DNA of 63,910 bases, the filler included, from Sphacelaria rigidula (lineage: Eukaryota), in NCBI GenBank assembly GCA_964200075.2. It is 10 parts of 10 records of this genome, joined end to end, with 100 filler letters (N's around TTAATTAATTAA, not from the genome) between each part and the next. Parts side by side here need not be neighbours in the genome. Positions count along the whole stretch, not along the records: positions 44,810 to 51,110 come from CAXNAA020020923.1; positions 51,211 to 57,510 come from CAXNAA020020924.1; positions 57,611 to 63,910 come from CAXNAA020020925.1; 7 more parts are not named here. One strand, given 5' to 3'. This document shows, one piece after another, positions 50,901 to 63,345 of the stretch. Numbering within the stretch: position 1 is the stretch's first letter; every line of letters starts with the position of its first letter. The position numbers and the translations under genes are program-made. The notes beneath the pieces were generated by a model. The model ran no database searches and was not told the DNA's origin. It worked only from the letters and a program-made list of their open reading frames with translations.

Positions 50901-51048
50901 CGAGGTAGTGTATGCAATACACGCCTTGACATACAGCTAGTGGCACATGGAGGAACAACCCGATATTGAAAAAAACCCGCCCGTATGATGCATAGGTGCT
51001 TGTGATGCACTGGGATATCAGACGCGTTTGGTTCGGATAGTGTTCGTG

Positions 51049-51110
51049 GAGTGATGCTACAGTAGGGGTACAGAAATAATTTCTGAGGTTAGAATTGTTA
51101 GGAGCCCTTT
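51049..51110. mobile_element. Left end of a GAG-TIR MITE
   Basis: GAGTGATGCTACAGTAGGGG...TTTCTGAG..AGAATTGT.AGGAGCCC matches the left end of 41286-41541. Confidence 0.8.
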
Positions 51111-51210
51111 NNNNNNNNNNNNNNNNNNNNNNNNNNNNNNNNNNNNNNNNNNNNTTAATTAATTAANNNNNNNNNNNNNNNNNNNNNNNNNNNNNNNNNN
51201 NNNNNNNNNN
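51111..51210. other. Artificial contig linker
   Basis: N44-TTAATTAATTAA-N44. Confidence 0.98.
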
Positions 51211-53149
51211 GCAGCAAGTTTGCAAATCACGGAACACAGCATGGCTTCGGGTATTACAAATCAGTATGATGAGACTCCAGATGTTACTTCCCCTCCACCT
51301 CATTCCCCCCCCCCCGACCACTCCGCACACTCTAGACCTGTGTCTCTTCGAGACTAAAATGAAGCGAGGAAAAGAAGCATATTGGTTAGTCTCCGCGATA
51401 CCCCTCCCCCTCCCCCCCGCGCTAAAAAAGACAAAGGCAGCTTTTTTCGAGGCGGCGGTGCTTTTTTTTTAAATTGTCTTCGGAACTTTTGGGGCTGTTC
51501 GCGAAGACGTCTTTGGGCTGTTTGCCATCGAGGGGACCATAAACCAGCGACACTGCGGCCGTTGCTACTGGGCACACCTGTCACACAGTCCGTAGAACTC
51601 ATGATCCCAATTCCTAGGATACACAATGAATAGCTCGAGCCATAGCTATTGATCTTCCGAGTACGACGTTTTGTCTCCGGGTAAATCGATTCCAACTTCA
51701 ATGAGACGCGATTATTTCTGTCAGACGGGCACTGTATAGCACACGCACAAAGCACCAACGACTTCGTCTTGAGCAACTTTTGTGGCACAAACACGACTGG
51801 CCATACTCAATACGGACCGGGTTGCCGTGGAACAAACGCTGTGTATGGAGGAGCGACAGGTACATACCACTAGGCGTGATACGCTTCTGCTGCGAGTGCC
51901 CAGGCATGCTTGTTCTGGCTGGGTTGTGTTTTAGTCATGTGCTTCAGTCGTTCTTCTTGAGATTTCAATACCTGTTGCCCACTGCGTGCAACGCCGAACC
52001 AAACACCGCTCTTCCAACAACGTCCATTGTGTGAGCCTTCCGTGCCTTCTAGAGTGGTCGCTGCGGGCAGGTAGCCTATTTTGCCTGCTTTGCTCGCGCT
52101 TCTTTTTTACTTATTTTATCGTCTCCATATAACACGGCACAGTAATATTTACGGACAATCCAGATGGTCATTCATGTGTCGGAACGCAGAGGAACCTCCG
52201 AACGAATACCGTAACGCTTGATATCGCAATTGACAATTGAAGCACCCCTGAATCCCCCAAAATGCTACTTTGCGCAGTAACTTGTCTTGGTCGCTTCTCT
52301 TCCCGTCGCTACACTATCAGTGTGTGCGCCTGTATTATTCCTACAATTGTTCTGTACATTGCGAGTGCCCTCTAACGCGAGGTGACTGGACTTGCTTGAG
52401 CGTCGCGCCGTTAAAGGATAAGTGAGCAGTTTAGGGGTTTAGCCGTTGTGTTTCGTAATTTGCCAACTTGGTGTGCCATTTGAGCGTGCGCCCACAACCG
52501 TCGTGCAGTGTGCCAATCACCCTGTGTCAATCACCTCGTCAGGGTCTTGTTTTTGTGGGATGGAAAAGACCGACGGCGGGGTCTCCAGTCTCTAGGCCGT
52601 AGGAGGAGACGAAAAGGAGCGTTGGAGACGCTCTTTGGCAGTTTGATTTATTCCCGTGTGGTGGGTTGGACAGTGGTTGTGCAAGGTCGATGGTTGTGAA
52701 ACGTGTGTAGACTTTGGACCAAAGCGGATGAATATACGGACAGAAAGGAACGGAAGATGAGCATAGTAGATGGCGGGGAGCGGACCCCGCCTATTTATCC
52801 GACAGAACAGGGTGTTCTGCGAGGCCCTTGTGCCCCGTGATGTTTTCTGGCCCTAAATCGCATTTTGTTTTTGCGAAAGTTGGTGCGCATGCTGTGCATT
52901 GGCTTTGGGTGTGTCGCCGTTGCGTCGAGACTGATTTTTGAGTTGTCTGGGTCTAGCACGGGCACCTCCAACTTTCACGTGCACCTCTACGGTACTCATC
53001 TTCTGGCTGAAAAAGGGGTGGGTGTACTAAGAGTGGTGAAAAAATATTGCCCCGAACCCTAACGCCATTTCTTTTTTTTCGGCGCTCCAGGAGGAGGGTG
53101 GGAAGAGGTATACTTAGTCCTATATGATGCTACATACGCACTAATTCCT

Positions 53150-53532
53150 AGACTCAACGAATAACTTGATCTTAGACTGGAGAGGGAAGTTACCTGAATA
53201 GAAGTTACCTGAAGTGAGGATAGATGAACTACGTCACTTGATTTTAGGCTAGCTGAGACGAGTTACTTGATCTAAGTATAGGTGAACCAAGTCCCTTGAT
53301 TTTTAATTGCTGAGGCACGTTCCTTGATTCAATAATAGGTGAACCAGGTTACTTGATGTTAGACTAGCTGAGACAAGTTACTTGATCTTGGAGTAGGGGT
53401 CAACTTACTTGAACTGAGTACAGGCGAACCATGTCACCTGATTTTGGATAAGCTGAAGCAATTCACTTGATCTGAGTGTAGGTGAACCAAGTCACTTGCT
53501 ATCGAACGACCTGAGGCTGGTTACTTGATCGT
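53150..53532. repeat. Diverged ~29-bp minisatellite with ~58-bp dimeric organisation
   Basis: (G)T(T/C)ACTTGAT recurs about every 29 bp. Units alternate between ...TAGGTGAACCAA and ...AGCTGAGACAA types. Confidence 0.75.
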
Positions 53533-56500
53533 ACAGTTGCTCTAAGCGTCGACTTCATGTCAAGTGTATTCAGCGGAGCCAGTCACACGATGTACTTGAG
53601 TCCCAGAGTCCACACAGAATAGCTGATCCTGGAAAATTGCAACGAGACTATTCTACAAGAATGAAGTGAGGTCGAAATCTCCTTCCCATTTTTCAGGATC
53701 GCCTGTTGAGACACAACAGAGACCAGGAGTACTTTTTGTCTTGGTATGCTTGTATCGTAGTTGCTTGGTATTGCTGGCACTGACTTAAGCGACCGATTCC
53801 ACGGGTCTGAACATAAATTCCGCCTTCAAGGTCTCATGTACTGCACTCATGATTGGTGTGATCGTTACAATAACTACAATAGTGCACATAGAACTACGAT
53901 ATCAAGAATTTTTCGGTCTTGTTCCCTCTGCATTCATGCGAGCAAGCAATTGTACTGTGTCAGATTATCGCATATGTCATCATGCATTGTAATGCATCAC
54001 AATCGAACGACCATAAGGCGTCGGGTTTTGTGACGGTAGATAATGTCACCAAAACAAGTTGTAAAGTCATCAAATTTTCCACAGGTCCTGATGAATTCAA
54101 GGAAAACAAGGCGACCGGGGAAGGTTTGCTTTTCGGCGCGCCAGGGAGGGAGGTTATGGTACAGCGCGATCTTGTCTCATGATCCCTGAGTGCATCCACT
54201 TTTGTATATTTCCCAAAACAAGACAGAAGGACACCAAGCAGGAAGGGAAACGGGAGGAACGGAGGACTAGACACAAAATAAGTGAGATCATTTCTGGAAA
54301 TAACAGACAAGCTTGGTGGCGCCGCAGCAGAAGAATCGGCGTTACAAGAGGCAAACGCTTCTTTTATTTTCACATGTAAACAACTGATGATCACGATTGT
54401 TGGTTACTTGAACGAGTTTTGATTATGTGATGAATAATCACCAACCAACGGGAAGTTGATGTAAAAAAGATGACCCATGAAATCAACATTTAATCAGTAA
54501 TCAACCCTTGATTCCTGGTTGATGTACAGAACCACACAGAACCTAACGCAACACATGAAACTGAAAGACCTACTACTCCCGCAAGTAAACGACAGCCGAG
54601 CGATACGCGGTGAGAGTGCACAAGTTATTTCTAACGTTCGAGTTGTTAGGAATCCTTGATCTCATCCAGAAAACGACTTATCATGTAATATGTGAGAGCG
54701 AGCCATAATTAGCATTTCACCCGTTAAGGAATGTCCTGACCTATTCTTGTGTAGCTCCTAACTTTTGGAGCCCCTCGATGACAAGCATTTGGGCCCGGAT
54801 ATGCAACTCCTACCATGGTATGACCCATATTGCTCAAGCCGTAGCTGGTGACCAACTGAGCACGTCGTGTTGTGCTCTAGTCAAATTGGTCCAGAATGTA
54901 TCGAAAAACAGAAGTTTGTGTTGGAAGCGTGGCGAAGGCATCCTGTCATACGGATCAGCAACGGCACGTGTTCGGATGAAATTGACACGCACGCGACCAC
55001 AACTCCTTGCAGTACTGGGTGGATTTCCGTTAAACAAAGATTGCTATGTGTAGATGAGTAAGGACTAGTACAAAAGTGGGCGGTCTAACCATTCATCTTG
55101 TGGCTTTTTGTGGCTTTTTGTGGCTTTTTGTGATATTTTCGTCATTGGCGATTTCCTCGGGCTCTTTTCGCTTTCCACCGCTGATCACATTGGAGGTCTG
55201 AAGATAGTTGTATCCGCTCAACATTCCAAGAGAAAAATGTCTACACTCAAAATTAAGTGACTCACGGGCTGACCGGTCATCGGGGGTCCTGACACGTTTC
55301 AGCCCAGGTTCTTACTCTTCGGTATTTTCGGTCGATAACGCCTGTCCCGATCATATTTGTGAAGAAATGTGCAATTTTACTTTTTTTACATTTTACCTAC
55401 TCATTGCACCAGAGCCGAAAAACTGTGTTTCACGGTCAATAACACCCTCCTGATGAACGGGATATTTACTCGCATCGCCCGATAAAACCAACCAAAACTG
55501 ACTTGGGCACTGTGTTTCGAGGATGACCTGTTTATTGTACTGGAATTTACCGACGCTAGCAATTTCGAGTTCTATCGGACAGTAGTACGTGAGGAAAACC
55601 CCAAAACACCCCTGAATAGTTGGACCTCCCACTACTGTAGTGGAGCTAATGAGCGTGGGCGGTAGGTGTGTGTGCGTGTGTTTCGGGGTCCGGTGTGTGG
55701 GTGATGTACTTCCTCGACGCGTATTTTCCTGTACCAGCACGGACATGTTGGACCAATAGCTATCGCCAGAACCGCCGCATTTTGGAACCTGTGCGCAGAT
55801 GTGACTTGCATCTGCGGACAGAGGAATGAAAATTGTGTCCTCGGTAAGACTGGAAGTGGTCGTTGTGGGCACGGCATCACCCACACCTAGCCTCTTGGCC
55901 GCAAGTATAGGTCAGATGTTGAATCGACATCGATCTCACTGGGAGCGCCCTGGTCCAGATGGGCTACAGTAGTACCCTTGTGGCCAGTAGGGGGTTAAGC
56001 ACCCGTCACCTGGTTTGGTTCATTGATTCGACTTGATGAGTGTTTTTGTTTCTCCGCCACGCTTTGAACCACCTCCCCTTCCTCGGGATTAGTCCGTAGT
56101 TTCAAGGGACCAACCCGTCCCACTCCCTGTAATTGAGTTCATAGTATAGGTCGAGTCGCTACGAACGCAGTCGTCGTCGCCATGAGAAAGTATCCAAGGT
56201 AAAGTGATCGGATTGCGTACCCGATTCACATCAAACGAGATTTGCGACCTTGTGCAATCACGTTTCGTGGCTTAATCAGATATACGATATCTGAAGAACG
56301 CTCATCTCCCCTCATCTTGCTCTTTAATATTTTGTTTTCGTCGTCGTCGTCGTCGTTGTCGTCGTCGCCGCCGCCGCCGCCGTCCTAACCCGATAGATCT
56401 CCCGCTGCTCAGCACGGATTGCGAAAGTTCTACCTGCTCGTTCATTCATTTTCTCTACACCGGCAGTTTTGCCGCAGCGGCAGTGACCATCATGTCGGGT

Positions 56501-57510
56501 AAGAAAACGCGGTGCAGACGCTCAGAACCTTCCCCCTTGGATGCAGATAGGCAGCAAAGATCATGACGCTGGATACTGTAATGTAGAGAAAAACGCTCGC
56601 AGGTTTGCTGCCGCCGCCATGATTGTTGTAGTGCTGTAGTGTCAGACAGACTTTCTTGTTTTTGTTGTTGTTGTTGTTGTTGGTTTCGCCTCATGCTTCA
56701 ACGCCTCCCAACCTGCCCTCACCGTTCTCGGCGGAAATATGTAGTCTGAACGGATAAACTCTTCTCTCTCTCCCGGTACCTGCCTTGCAAGTCATCGTCC
56801 ATCGATCACTGGAGTATGCATGGTGACTATCAGCGCTGCTGCAGTCCGTCCACTCCCATTGAATGTTTCTCTACAATAACTCATGTCTTTACGCCTTCCA
56901 CGAAAAGAGTCAGTAAAATACATCGATAGTACTGCAGCACAGGAGTTTAAAGCCGCCACTTAGACCAAAATGGCCTACGTAGGTCCGGCTTGACTGGCCA
57001 CCGCCCGCAGCGGTAGGTAACGATGTAAATTGTATTTCTCCAGTAGGTGGGGATGTTGTGGGGCCGCTGTGACGATCCCCTCGGTGTGGTACATCTTGGT
57101 GACATGATGGTTCATTACTGGATACACTGTCGGAATAGGTCGTCTTGTAGTTGGCTTGCGCTATTCCCTCGAGTTTGTCGTTTGTCAATGCTGTACTCCT
57201 GTTTACGAATCAAATTATGTTTTGAGTCGCTTCCTGCAGGACTCTTGAACCCTTCGGGAACCCATTGACGGTTTTGCTTTTGTAAACCGGCATCATGTTG
57301 ACTTGAAAATGACTGAAAGTGATGCCGATACACAAAAACAAAAATAGTCAATGGGTTCCAAAAGGGTTAAGACGCCGCTGCAGGTGAAAACAAATAAGTT
57401 TGGAGCTATTAGTAGTAATACATGCGTGTACGTGAGCAAGCCTCCTGGCGCGTCAAAGGGAGTGTATGTGGGTGTGTGCGTGTGGGGGGGGGGGGGGGTG
57501 GACTCACTGT

Positions 57511-57610
57511 NNNNNNNNNNNNNNNNNNNNNNNNNNNNNNNNNNNNNNNNNNNNTTAATTAATTAANNNNNNNNNNNNNNNNNNNNNNNNNNNNNNNNNN
57601 NNNNNNNNNN
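57511..57610. other. Artificial contig linker
   Basis: N44-TTAATTAATTAA-N44. Confidence 0.98.
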
Positions 57611-58048
57611 GCAGTCGTTGTTCGACGGAAATCCGTTCTGTATTGGACGAATGGCGGCCGCGTGCGTGTCAAAAAAGCCGGAAACGTGCCGTTGCTCACC
57701 GTTTGTAAGCGTGCGCGTGGGTCTCGCACAAATCATCGTTTTTCAATGAATTATGAACAGATTTGAGCACGGTCACGAACAACGTGCGCAGGTGATGAGC
57801 AGCTACGGCTCAAGCCATGTTTTTTTGGTTTGCGGGGGCACCAAGTTCCTCAGGTTCAGCTCTGATTGTGTTGGGTTGTGTGGTGAGCGTTTCCATGTGC
57901 TCCTGTCAACCGAAAATGTATGTATGTTCCCGTTCAAGGTGTCCGGAAAACCCCTATTCAAAAGGAGATTTCAAAAAGTGTTTTTGCACCTCCTGAAATC
58001 CCCCTAAAACAGGGCATTTCTGGGCACGTTTGAGTTTGTTTGTTTTGC

Positions 58049-58135
58049 GGGGGGGGGGGTACTCATTTGTTGCTTGCCTTAGTCCTTTGACCATTGACCA
58101 CGCATCCCTTTCGAGACGGAGCAAGGGGGGCATCG
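58049..58135 (-). mobile_element. Subterminal fragment of the GAG-TIR family
   Basis: Reverse complement GGGATGCGTGGTCAATGGTCAAAGGACTAAGGCAAGCAACAAATGAGTACCCC is nearly identical to 25607-25650. Confidence 0.7.
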
Positions 58136-59463
58136 CAGCGACCAATCAGCGATCGTTTTTAAGAAAGAGGATTTGAAAAAAAGGGGGGAAATCCCGTTCG
58201 ATGAAAAGGGCACTGAGAGAGTACAACAGCATGTTACTGTACTCCTGTACTCTGCGTTGGTTGTTCTGGCTCTGCATTGAAAGTGTTCTCCAGGTCATCA
58301 CGGTCGGGGTGGTCATGCGGAACTGACCAGACACAAGTGTTCTTGCCATATTCCTAGGTTGCACAGATGTCGATGATCACCCGGGTGAACATATAATTTT
58401 TCTGCTTCGCGGACGGTAGGGTAGAGTTCAAGGGCAGGCCGAGTAGAGTATGTACTTTTGAGTATGCTCCTGCTCGACGAACGCACACAGGAGAACTATT
58501 ATATTGCCCCTAACATCCTCCTTGGAGGAAAAAAACGAACGAACGACTATTTTTTATATTACCTTCACACTAACTACAAGGCCGGAGCGTGTTCGCCATT
58601 TTTGAGTTGTGTGCTTTGATCCGAAATGCATCCACTGGGTTATAGCCCTTTACAGGTCACATGCCGCGCTCAGCAGGAAAAGTCGGACTATGGCCTATTA
58701 TTTCTTCGGCAGGTTTTGAGAGTCGGCTTGAAATGCACGTGGAAATAAGGATCAACCCCGGAATGTCTTACTGGTGCGGAGGTGTATGTGGCGTCTGAAC
58801 AGGAATAGCGTTACCTTCACGCACGATTTCTCCCTGTCAAGAATGTGTTCTAAAATCAAGTGTATCCCGAGAAACGAACGAAAAGGGGCGATGGTTCAGG
58901 ATGGTTAGTAGAGTGTCGCCAAACACCCCGGACACTTTTCGCAGGCTAGCAACCCCCCCGCCTTTGGCACCCCTACACACGCAGCCATTTGGCTACCCCC
59001 CAAAATACCTCCGGGGGAATGCGCGGCCTTCCAGAGGCAAGACAAGCCTCCGCAGGCCTTCAATCCCTCTGGAGGAAATCAAACACTACCGGCCTGGAGG
59101 GCCGCGCACCCCTACGGAGGCAAAAACAAGCGTCCCGGTGCGTTTAATCCCTCTGGAGACAACAAAAAAGTATTCCTTTGAAGGGCCGCGCACCCCTCCA
59201 GAGGCGTTCAGTTCCTCTGGAGGCTCGAAAAGTTTACCACCCTGGAGGAATTTTGGGGATAGCCAAATGGCCGCGTGTCTAACGCTCATCATGTTGGCTG
59301 TGGGGCTGGAAGCCCATATTTGCTTCTACTCGGTACTTCTTAGTTACCGTTAAGGTCGTTTTCGCTGCTCGCAATTTCGTTCTGAACCACCACGCGTGCG
59401 AGAACAGTGGCGTTTGTACCTGCGGCGGTACTGCCATGTGCGTCAGCCGTGGCTTACCACTAG

Positions 59464-59523
59464 TTATTATTATTATAATTACTATTATTATTATTATTAT
59501 TACTATTATTATTATTATTATTA

Positions 59524-59573
<50 letters not shown>
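59464..59573 (+). repeat. (ATT)n microsatellite, possible retroposon tail
   Basis: ~110-bp trinucleotide run. Confidence 0.92.
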
Positions 59574-59813
59574 TCCTTTCTTGCATCTTTCTTTCATTTT
59601 TTTCATGTTTCTCCTTTTTTTTTCTGATCACGAGCTGGAGTGTTGGAATCAGCTACGTAATGCGCAATCATCTTCTTTGTCTTCCTTCGTGCTTGTGTTT
59701 GTGTTTGTGTTTGTCGTTATTTTGTTGTTGTTGGTGGTGGTGGTGGTGTTGGTGGTGGTGATGTGTTTTGTTGTTATCGTTGCCCCCTTTCTTTCCTTTC
59801 TGAGGCCGTTGCT

Positions 59814-60065
59814 GAGTCATCCTACGATAGGGGGGGAGGGGTATTTTGGGCCACTTCTTGCACGAGATTCCAAAGTAAATCGCCGCTAAAATCGGCAACG
59901 GTTGCTCGAACGAGCTCGTTATAGATACGTAACGCTCATTCATACCGATTGATACCGTTTTGAACCAGATACAAGCGCATCGCGAGTGTTGCAGGTCATC
60001 TGACCCACTTATCAGCCTTTTTTTCGTGCAATCAAATACCCCCTTCCGCTATCGTAGGATGACTC
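59814..60065. mobile_element. GAG-TIR MITE (Sola-like), 252 bp
   Basis: TIRs GAGTCATCCTACGATAG / CTATCGTAGGATGACTC (perfect 17 bp). 4-bp TSD TGCT (59810-59813, 60066-60069). Confidence 0.88.
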
Positions 60066-60137
60066 TGCTTCTGTCGTTTTTCTGTTCCTTTCTTTATTTC
60101 TTCATCTTTCATTATTGTGTTCTATTTTTTGCTGCTC

Positions 60138-60201
60138 CTGACCACGGGCTGGATTATTGCAATCAGCTAATGTGAGATAATCAATCAAACAATCAATCAA
60201 C
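60138..60201 (+). repeat. Retroposon-like 3' end with (ATCA)n tail
   Basis: GACCACGGG...CTAATGTG.G shares the terminal motifs of 19919 and 23852 but ends in (AATC)n. Confidence 0.5.
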
Positions 60202-62032
60202 AGGGGATTCTCAATTTTGGGGTTGAACACTGATTTAAAAATGGGTTCACGCGGCATAACCGTTTTCGAGGAATGACGCGAAACAGTACATCAAGGGAAG
60301 CCATCTTGCCCTCGAAAAAGCTGCAGCAGTTAAGCAGTTGTGGCTATTATGGCTGCACCGAACGAACGCGGTGCACACACGAGTCGATGACGACACCATC
60401 GGAGGAGTAACGGCAGAGAGAAAGCTCCTCGCCCGTGTCCTATGTGTGTCCTCGCTCGGTGATTCCCAATCGCTCGAGAGGCTGGCATCATGCATGCATT
60501 TTTCCAGCATGTACCCACTTTCTCAAGGTTATTGCTGTACAGCCCCCCAAAGAACATCGAGGTGCCGAGGGGTGTCGTCTCTTCTTGTCTGTGGAGCTTA
60601 CCAATGCAACGATCGATTCCTCTTTGCCTCTATTTTTGAACAGGACGCGCCTCTGTGCGCTGCACAAGACGTCGTTCAAAATCAGGGCGATGTTCCCGTC
60701 ACCACTACTGTTATCTGTAACACGCATGCCAGCAAGGACGGTGCTGCGGAAATAACTGATCCAATATCCGCAAATTGGGGGGTGTTGTTCATCGTTAATT
60801 TTACCCGACATGTGTACCTGTGCATGCGCGTGTTATGGAGATGGGATAGCTAGTGCACTGGCTGAGGTCTCTCAGTACGAATACAAGGAGAAACCATTGG
60901 TTCCAGCTGAACCAAGCTCTCACGTGGGCACATCGCACGACCTATGGCTATTCATCATGATCAATCACACATTGGCCCATCTATATGTAGACCGCTGATT
61001 AGGAATTCACGTGTTCAATAGCACCATGTTATATCTACAAACAGCTCCCTTACTCTGTACAGCCGCGGCGCAGCCATAGGAGCAGAGTGTAGTGATGGCC
61101 CAGAGTAGCGGGGCTAGATCAGCGACCAAGGCAAGGCCAGTAAGTGGTCGAGGGTGGGTCTGGGGCATGTGGCGACGCCGGAACAATCCTAACTAATGAC
61201 AGTAACAAACGCGGTAACAACGCGTCACGGAACCCAGGGTCTACGAACAGATCCGCACATCGTGATATCTTGCTATGCCACCAAGCTTTATCACACTAGC
61301 CCATCCTAGACGAGTCCCTATGCCATTGAATCATCATCACCTCGGCACAATGTAATTGCGCCGAGGAACTTCGGAATTCAACGAGAAAGGGCTCTTCTAC
61401 ACTACATTCGTACAAAAGCATGAAGCGAAGAAAAAATAAAAACATACTCCCCCACACCTTATAAAGCGAGCATCGTTGGGACCTGTCACATTAAACGTTC
61501 AATCCACTTAGAAGGAAACGTTGTATCTACGTGACACTCATTACCCATGTTGAGCAAGACAACACACACGCAAGTCCATCTACAAAAGCACTAAGTGGTA
61601 CGCACGCGTAGACTTCATCTACCAACGAAACAAGGAGGGGATGCCAGACACTCCGGGAACAAGGGAGGGGAATCGCAGTTGTGGCATAGCATCGCTGCAA
61701 CTGCTCTGGTGGGACGCAGGTCCAAGTGAGCTTCACATCTTTGTCCGACTCCGTCCCGACATATCCATCGCGTATAGCGAGATTGGCACCCCGCTCGTTT
61801 CCGTGGCAGGACGTTTGGAGTATCAAACCTGCCTTAAAAAGGCGTGCAACGTGCACTACAATGCAATGGGAGGGGACTACGCAGCAACAGGGAGAGAGAA
61901 GCGGGGATGCAACCCAAGGTCAGGTTTGGTGTGCCCGAAGTGCGAAATTCGAGACCTCTGCGGGAGTGCACACTATTCCGTGGCCCGTGGCGAAGGATAG
62001 ATGGTTTTATCTTTTGTATTATTTGAGAGTGC

Positions 62033-63345
62033 CTAGACTGAGTCTACATGTACAACCCTGACCTTTCCCGTCCCCATCAGCTCTCGAATGAAGTGATATC
62101 TCATGTCTATGTGCTTACTCCTTTCGGAACTGAGAGGATTCTCAGCCAGAGCTTTTGCTCCCTCGTTGCCCTCGTACGAAAGAATACCTTGGTCCTCCCC
62201 GCATCCCGACACAGTCTGCGGTCGCAGGAATGTCAACACTGCCTTCACAAACAATCCCTCCTTTGCCCCCTTGGCCATTGCAACATACTCTGCCTCCGTA
62301 GTTGACAGAGTTACGCAGTGTTGCGTCCGGCTCGTTGCCGACACTACCACACCACCGTACATCACGGCTACCCCTGATACCGAACGCCTATCCGTTTTCT
62401 TCTTGGCGTAATCCGCATCGCAATAGACTGAGAACCTATCATGACCTTAATCTCATTGAGATACTTCAGAACTTTCATCACAGCTTCCCAGTGCCTCTCG
62501 CATGGGTCATGCGACTGGCGAGCAAGCGCTCGTACCGAATTCGCGATGTCGGGTCTGGTGACTGTTGCCAGCCACATCAACCCCCCCCCTGCGTTACGGT
62601 ATAGGCGATCACCTTTTTGTCCTCGCCCGTTGTCGGCCCCAACTTTACAGAAACAGAGGCAGGGATTTCCGAGTACCCCCTCACCTCAAAACGCTTCAGC
62701 AGCGTGTCCGTGAACGTGGTTTGCGTCACAGAGAGCGTGCCTCTATCCCAGTCTCTATCCACTGCGCACCCCATGTACCAGGTGATCTCTCCGAGATTGT
62801 TCGTGGGGAAATTTTTGTTAAGGATTTGGTCCACCTTTCCTACGTATTTCTTAGAACCACTGATGAGGATGTCGTCCACATGGACAACTACAGTTACACG
62901 TACGTCTCCTGCATCCTCCATCTTGAAAACACATGGGTCAGCCTCACACTGCACCATTCCGACATCTTCCAGCAAAGTTTGGCACAGAAACCGAGACCAC
63001 TGCCTGCTCGCTTGCTTGATCCCGTAAATATACTTTTCAAGCTTCACGGTCACGTCTGTCAAAACGGAGCATCCTTCAGGCAACCTCATGTACACTTCAG
63101 TATCCATTTATGCTTGAACAAAAGCCTGTGTCACATCAAAATGGTCCAGCGGCCACTCTTCCTGAACTACCACTGCTATGACCAGTTTGATGGAGGCCAT
63201 GGAGGGCGTTGCCGCGAAACTCTTGAAATAGTCGACTGCGAGACGTTGTCCAAATCCTCGCGCTACCAACCTTGGCTTTGCCTTCGTTACAGTACCATCT
63301 GCGTCGGTCTTCCGACTAAAAACCCACTTCGCTGAAATCACGTTT
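62033..63345 (-). pseudogene. Ty1/Copia reverse transcriptase and RNase H, degenerate
   Basis: KWVFSRK..KAKPRLVARGFGQ; HFDVTQAFVQA*; YGIKQASRQW; VHVDDILISG; TRPDIANSV; LSTTEAEYVA; RSKHIDMRYHFIRE. Contains an in-frame stop and frameshifts. Confidence 0.95.

Noticed and set aside
44810..51110. Gypsy remnant apparently bracketed by GAG-TIR ends, as if captured in a DNA transposon
   Set aside because: The ends face outward (a right end at the contig start, a left end at the contig end). They are two separate MITE copies at which the assembly broke.
56910..57188. Protein-like minus-strand ORF
   Set aside because: No recognisable motif or confident splice boundaries.
59279..59761. Poly-Ile / poly-Tyr ORFs
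   Set aside because: Translations of the (ATT)n microsatellite.
62565..63335. 256-aa plus-strand ORF
   Set aside because: Antisense shadow of the Copia RT on the minus strand.
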